This document shows positions 59,923 through 64,000 of a stretch of DNA of 64,000 nucleotides, piece after piece. A program made the position numbers and the translations under genes. Under the pieces are notes generated by a model. It made no database searches and was not told the DNA's origin. It worked only from the letters and a program-made list of their open reading frames with translations. Source of the stretch: an uncultured Verrucomicrobiae bacterium (GTDB lineage: Bacteria; Verrucomicrobiota; Verrucomicrobiia; Chthoniobacterales; UBA10450); contig CAVYXA010000004.1 in assembly GCA_963772365.1 (NCBI GenBank), positions 32,001-96,000 on the forward strand, given 5' to 3'. Position 1 is the stretch's first letter. The number at the start of each line of letters is the position of its first letter.

Positions 59923-60879
59923 TTACAAAACGACAGGTTTGCCTTCCGTCATAACGAGCAGACTCTCCGCGATCCCGTGAGCACGCGCGGAGGCGAGAAG
60001 GCGTTGCGGCGGTTCTTCCATTGGTTCGTAGCCAAGTCGAAATGTTCCGTAATGCATCGGCACTAATTTCTTCGCCTTTAGCTCGACAAAAGCGCGCACT
60101 GCTTCCTCCGGATTCATGTGAACTTCGCGCCCGGTAGGCGGATCGTAAGCGCCGATTGGTAAGAGCGCGATGTCGATGTTGTAGCGTTCACCTATCTCGC
60201 GAAAGCCGGGAAAGAACGCGCTGTCGCCGCAATGAAAAACCGTCCGTCCTTCGGCGGTGATGGCAAACCCGCCGAAGCCGCGATGCAGATCTGCGAGGAA
60301 ACGTGCTCCCCAGTGGTAACAAGGGGTAAGAGAAACTTCGATCGAACCGAGCTTCACCGTTTGCCAGCAATCGAGCTCATGCACAATGTGGAACCCGAGA
60401 TCATGCACAAGATTCCCCACACCGATGGGAACGACGATCGGTTGATCGGCCGCCACCTTGCGCAAGGTCCGACGATCGAGATGATCGAAATGAGCATGCG
60501 TCACCAGAACGATGTCGATCTCCGGCAGGTGATGGATTTCAAATCCCGGTTTCTTCAGGCGTTTGATTACCTTGAGCCACTTCGACCAGATCGGGTCGAT
60601 CAAGATGTTCATCTCGCGCGTTTGCAACAGAAACGAAGCGTGACCGATCCAGGTCAGACAAATCTGACCCGGCTGAATCAGAGGAAATTCCGGTGGCACA
60701 TAATCACCCGAGCGCCGAGTGAACAGCGAGGGAATAAGCACCTCCGATAAATAATTGCGCCGATGCCAATCGCTCCGCGGCCGCATTTTTACCCGGGTGG
60801 AACGATGAACCTCAGAGGCCTTATCCGGAGACTGGCGAATTACATTCCGCTGACTTTTTTTCGCAAAGGGAATCGGCAC
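59923..60879 (-). CDS. MBL-fold metallo-hydrolase (NAPE-PLD-like)
   Basis: WIGHAS, THAHFDHLD, GDS, LPIGAY, HMNPEEA, PMHYGTF. Start uncertain. Confidence 0.88.
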   Translation of the reverse strand: MPIPFAKKSQRNVIRQSPDKASEVHRSTRVKMRPRSDWHRRNYLSEVLIPSLFTRRSGDYVPPEFPLIQPGQICLTWIGHASFLLQTREMNILIDPIWSKWLKVIKRLKKPGFEIHHLPEIDIVLVTHAHFDHLDRRTLRKVAADQPIVVPIGVGNLVHDLGFHIVHELDCWQTVKLGSIEVSLTPCYHWGARFLADLHRGFGGFAITAEGRTVFHCGDSAFFPGFREIGERYNIDIALLPIGAYDPPTGREVHMNPEEAVRAFVELKAKKLVPMHYGTFRLGYEPMEEPPQRLLASARAHGIAESLLVMTEGKPVVL

Positions 60880-60985
60880 TTGGAGAGAACGATATGAAGC
60901 GGCGACGGCGAATCAAAATTTTTCGATTTTCGGGAGAGATCAGTTGCTCAATGGAAAATTTGGCATTCTCTTTGTCGGGGTAAAT

Positions 60986-61873
60986 ATGGGGAAGTGGAAA
61001 ATCTTCGTTGCAGTCGCGCTGATTGGCTCGACTGCGTTTGCATCGGAGCACGGATTGCCTTTCGGCACCGTTTTTAAGGGGCACGATCGGTTCGACCGGC
61101 TGGTGACACAGGCAAAACAGGAAAATTGGAAGGCGCTACCGATCGGTGAACGGACTGCTGCGGTTGGTCATGCTCTTGTGGGAACGCGGTACCGGCATTT
61201 TACACTGGAGATCGACAATCGAATCGAGGCGCCTTCCGTCAATTTCAACGGAATGGATTGCTGGACCTTTTTCGAAACAGCACTGGGTTTCGCCCGCATG
61301 TTGAATGAACCGGAGGAGAACTGGACCCCGGAAATGCTTTTGCATTACATCGAGAAGGATCGATATCGCGGCGGGGTTTGCACGGGTGACTATCTTTCTC
61401 GACTCCATTATCTGGAGGATTGGTTGCACGATAACGATCAGCGCGGATTGGTCGAAGATTTGACGCGCGACCTGGGCGGTCGAAGCGTTCCGCATTCAGC
61501 CCGGGAGATGTCGGTTGGCTGGCGGCATTATCGATATCTGACAGCGAATCGAGCCTTGCTCGGTCCGTTAGCCAAGATGGAAGCACGCGTATCGGCGCGG
61601 CCACTGTATCAGATCCCGAAAAGCCGGGTAGCCAGGATCGAACCGAAACTGCGAAGCGGCGATATCATCGGAATTGTTTCGCACGATGGCCGGCATCTTT
61701 ATTCCACATCGCATGTCGGCCTGGCCCTTCGAACCAGGGATGGCGTTTTGCATTTCCTGCACGCATCAGCGCCAAACAATTATGGACGCGTCGTAGTTGA
61801 TTCGCGCCTCTCGACTTATTTGCACCGCTTCCGGTCCGACAGCGGAATCCTGGTTGCGCGTCCGGTGAAATAA
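60986..61873 (+). CDS. DUF1460 (AmiA-like, NlpC/P60-related amidase) protein
   Basis: Signal peptide; MDCWTFFE, RYRGG, SRLHY, GDII, SHVG, HAS. Confidence 0.85.
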   Translation: MGKWKIFVAVALIGSTAFASEHGLPFGTVFKGHDRFDRLVTQAKQENWKALPIGERTAAVGHALVGTRYRHFTLEIDNRIEAPSVNFNGMDCWTFFETALGFARMLNEPEENWTPEMLLHYIEKDRYRGGVCTGDYLSRLHYLEDWLHDNDQRGLVEDLTRDLGGRSVPHSAREMSVGWRHYRYLTANRALLGPLAKMEARVSARPLYQIPKSRVARIEPKLRSGDIIGIVSHDGRHLYSTSHVGLALRTRDGVLHFLHASAPNNYGRVVVDSRLSTYLHRFRSDSGILVARPVK

Positions 61874-61894
61874 TATCCGCCCGGAAAATCGAAG

Positions 61895-63916
61895 TCACTG
61901 GCTGGTTGCAGTCGGCAGCTCGATCGCGAATGTCGCTCCTTTGCCCAACCCCTCGCTTTTCGCGCGAATCGCGCCGCGGTGCATCTCAATAATGACCTTA
62001 CTGATGGCCAGGCCAAGGCCCAGACCTTCCCGACGCGAATCGATCTGCTCAAAAGCGTCAAAGATCTTTTCAAGGTTTTCGGCGCTAATCCCAATACCGC
62101 TATCGCTGATCTCGATGGCAATCGATCCGGGGGTTGGGTTGTGCGAACGGATGGAAATGACACCGCTTTCCGGAGTGAACTTGCAGGCGTTGCGAAGCAC
62201 GTTCCAAAAGACCTGCTGCAAACGCGAGGAATCGACCCGAAGGGTATGATCTTTTGCGTCCAGCTTTACTACCAGGTTGAGATGCTTGGCGTGAATATCG
62301 CTGGCCACGATCTCGATAGCCTGCCGAACCAGATCGTGCGCGTCGGCCTGGCGAAGTTGCAGCTGGAGTTTCCCGCGGGACAGCCGGGTAAGATCGAGAA
62401 GATCGTCGATCAATCGTGCCTCCAATTCGACGTTGCGGCAGACCATTTTTAGTCCTTCCCGCATTTCCGGAGTTAACCCGGGTTGATCGACAGTGCCTCC
62501 CGCCCAAATCAACACTGGTGTAAGCGGGGTGCGCAGTTCGTGACTCAGCGTTGCCAGGAATCGGTCCTTGGCCGCATTGGCCGTCTCGGCTGCTTCTTTT
62601 TGGCGCTGCAATTCCGCTTCCGTCTGGCGCCGTTGTATGAAAAGGCCAATCTGACTTCCCAACGCCTGGGCGAGCTGGAGCAGATCGTCGTCGGGCTCGA
62701 CTACCGCCGGACTAAACAATTCCAGGACACCTTTCATCGAGTCTTCGGCTAACAGAGGAAAACCGAATCCGCCACAGATCCCCGCCTCGGCCGCGAAATC
62801 TTTGCGAGGAAAATTGCTGTCTTTGCTGACGTCGCTGATCCAGAAGGGCCTTTTCGATGAAAACACGCGCCCTGGCAGTCCAATGGAATTCAGCAATGGC
62901 GTGGTTCGCGTGACGCTCTGAAATTTCTCCAGCCAAGGCGCCCCCGTATGCCAGGTAACTTCGCACCGCAGTATTTTTTCAGATTCGTTCCAGAGCCAGA
63001 TCGAGCCGAAGATCCAGTTGCCGCTTCCGGCGATGATCTCAATAATGTGCGGCCCTGCTTCGGCAAGGGAATGGGAACCGGCTAGCAAATTCGCAATCGC
63101 GTATTGAGCTGACCGGCGCCGTTCGATCCGCACCCGCGCGGTGATGTCGCGCGCAATTTTTGATGCGCCGACCACATGTCCGTCTTCATCCTTGATGGGG
63201 GAACGCGTCATCGACACGTTCACGTGCGTTCCATCCTTTCGACGACGCACACTTTCGTAGCGCTCCACCCTTTCTCCCAGCCGAATCTGATCGAGCACAA
63301 CCTGTTCTTCGTTGTGCCGTTCGGGGGGAATCAAAATGGCGATCGATTTGCCGATCACTTCCTCAGGCGTGTAACCATACAGCCGCTGGGCACCCTGATT
63401 CCAGCTCCTGATATCGCCGTTCAGATCCGTGCTGAGAATTGCATCTTGAGAAGAATGCACGATTGCAGCTAGGTGCCGCTGGGCTTCTTCATCCCGTTTA
63501 CGTTTCGTGATATCACGCAGGTAAGCGGTGAAGAACGGTTTACTGTCGATCCTGTAAGGAGTAATCGCCAATTCCACAAGAATTTCCGATCCGTCTCGAC
63601 GCAATGCATTGATCTCGACGCGCTTTCCGAGGAATATGCCTTGCCCGGTCTTTAAAAAATTGGCCAGCCCGCGGCGGTGTTGATCTCGGAACCGCGCCGG
63701 AATGATTAGCTCGGCGAGTTCCCTTCCGATTACTTCATCCCGAGTAAAACCGAATATGCGTTCGGCCGCGGGATTGAACTCCAGAATATTACCCCTGCCA
63801 TCGATACAGATGATGCAATCGAGGGCCGATTCGAGAATGGCATGGTTGAGCGACTCGGCCCAGCCGGGCGGGCGACGGATTCGAACTCGCTTTTCCTTGG
63901 TTTTGTGCGGCGGCAT
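61895..63916 (-). CDS. Soluble PAS-PAS-GAF sensor histidine kinase
   Basis: Two PAS domains (FNPAAERIFG, WNQGAQRLYG), GAF, SHELRTPL, N box, DSGIGI, GLGLGL. Confidence 0.93.
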   Translation of the reverse strand: MPPHKTKEKRVRIRRPPGWAESLNHAILESALDCIICIDGRGNILEFNPAAERIFGFTRDEVIGRELAELIIPARFRDQHRRGLANFLKTGQGIFLGKRVEINALRRDGSEILVELAITPYRIDSKPFFTAYLRDITKRKRDEEAQRHLAAIVHSSQDAILSTDLNGDIRSWNQGAQRLYGYTPEEVIGKSIAILIPPERHNEEQVVLDQIRLGERVERYESVRRRKDGTHVNVSMTRSPIKDEDGHVVGASKIARDITARVRIERRRSAQYAIANLLAGSHSLAEAGPHIIEIIAGSGNWIFGSIWLWNESEKILRCEVTWHTGAPWLEKFQSVTRTTPLLNSIGLPGRVFSSKRPFWISDVSKDSNFPRKDFAAEAGICGGFGFPLLAEDSMKGVLELFSPAVVEPDDDLLQLAQALGSQIGLFIQRRQTEAELQRQKEAAETANAAKDRFLATLSHELRTPLTPVLIWAGGTVDQPGLTPEMREGLKMVCRNVELEARLIDDLLDLTRLSRGKLQLQLRQADAHDLVRQAIEIVASDIHAKHLNLVVKLDAKDHTLRVDSSRLQQVFWNVLRNACKFTPESGVISIRSHNPTPGSIAIEISDSGIGISAENLEKIFDAFEQIDSRREGLGLGLAISKVIIEMHRGAIRAKSEGLGKGATFAIELPTATSQ

Positions 63917-64000
63917 TTGCGCAGACGATTAGTAGTCTATTGCGGATTATAACCAAATTGGCTATCCAGCTTTCTAATCGCATCTGCCGCATACCGCTGG

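Overview
About 50 genes, with no rRNA, tRNA, CRISPR array or intact transposase seen. Gene content and style (double-length UvrA, secreted proteins ending in 'SRKxHG...dockerin' tails, FG-GAP surface proteins) suggest a soil verrucomicrobium, Chthoniobacterales-like; this is inference. In order: pckG (5'-truncated), frameshifted double uvrA, lgt-tolQRAB-like operon, LigC-type ligase with an overlapping hypothetical gene, sulfotransferase, HxlR regulator, HtrA, purD, S41-like protein, scpB-glmM-GT39-sigma54 regulator-GH75-TMEM14, lysA, FG-GAP protein plus remnant, beta-propeller/dockerin protein, PemK-type TA pair, a pqqABCDE operon (pqqA and the pqqB start are missed by the ORF track), topoisomerase IB, a polyphosphate/phosphate cluster (CYTH, CHAD, SixA, ROK, ppk1, phoU, pstSCAB), lipB, ruvC, frameshifted thiolase and acyl-CoA dehydrogenase, an orphan SucC-like ligase, MBL hydrolase, DUF1460 and a PAS-PAS-GAF kinase. 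The most striking signal is a set of short palindromic (REP-like) and heptamer repeat families found both between genes and inserted in frame within conserved proteins (UvrA six times, LysA, PqqB, PqqC, PqqE twice, the TolB signal peptide), in different reading frames, sometimes supplying stop codons. Also notable: an ATT-initiated pqqB, a Cys-rich PqqA core (ECTCY), a PemK toxin fused to a dockerin tail, and a structured leader upstream of a 3D-domain gene.
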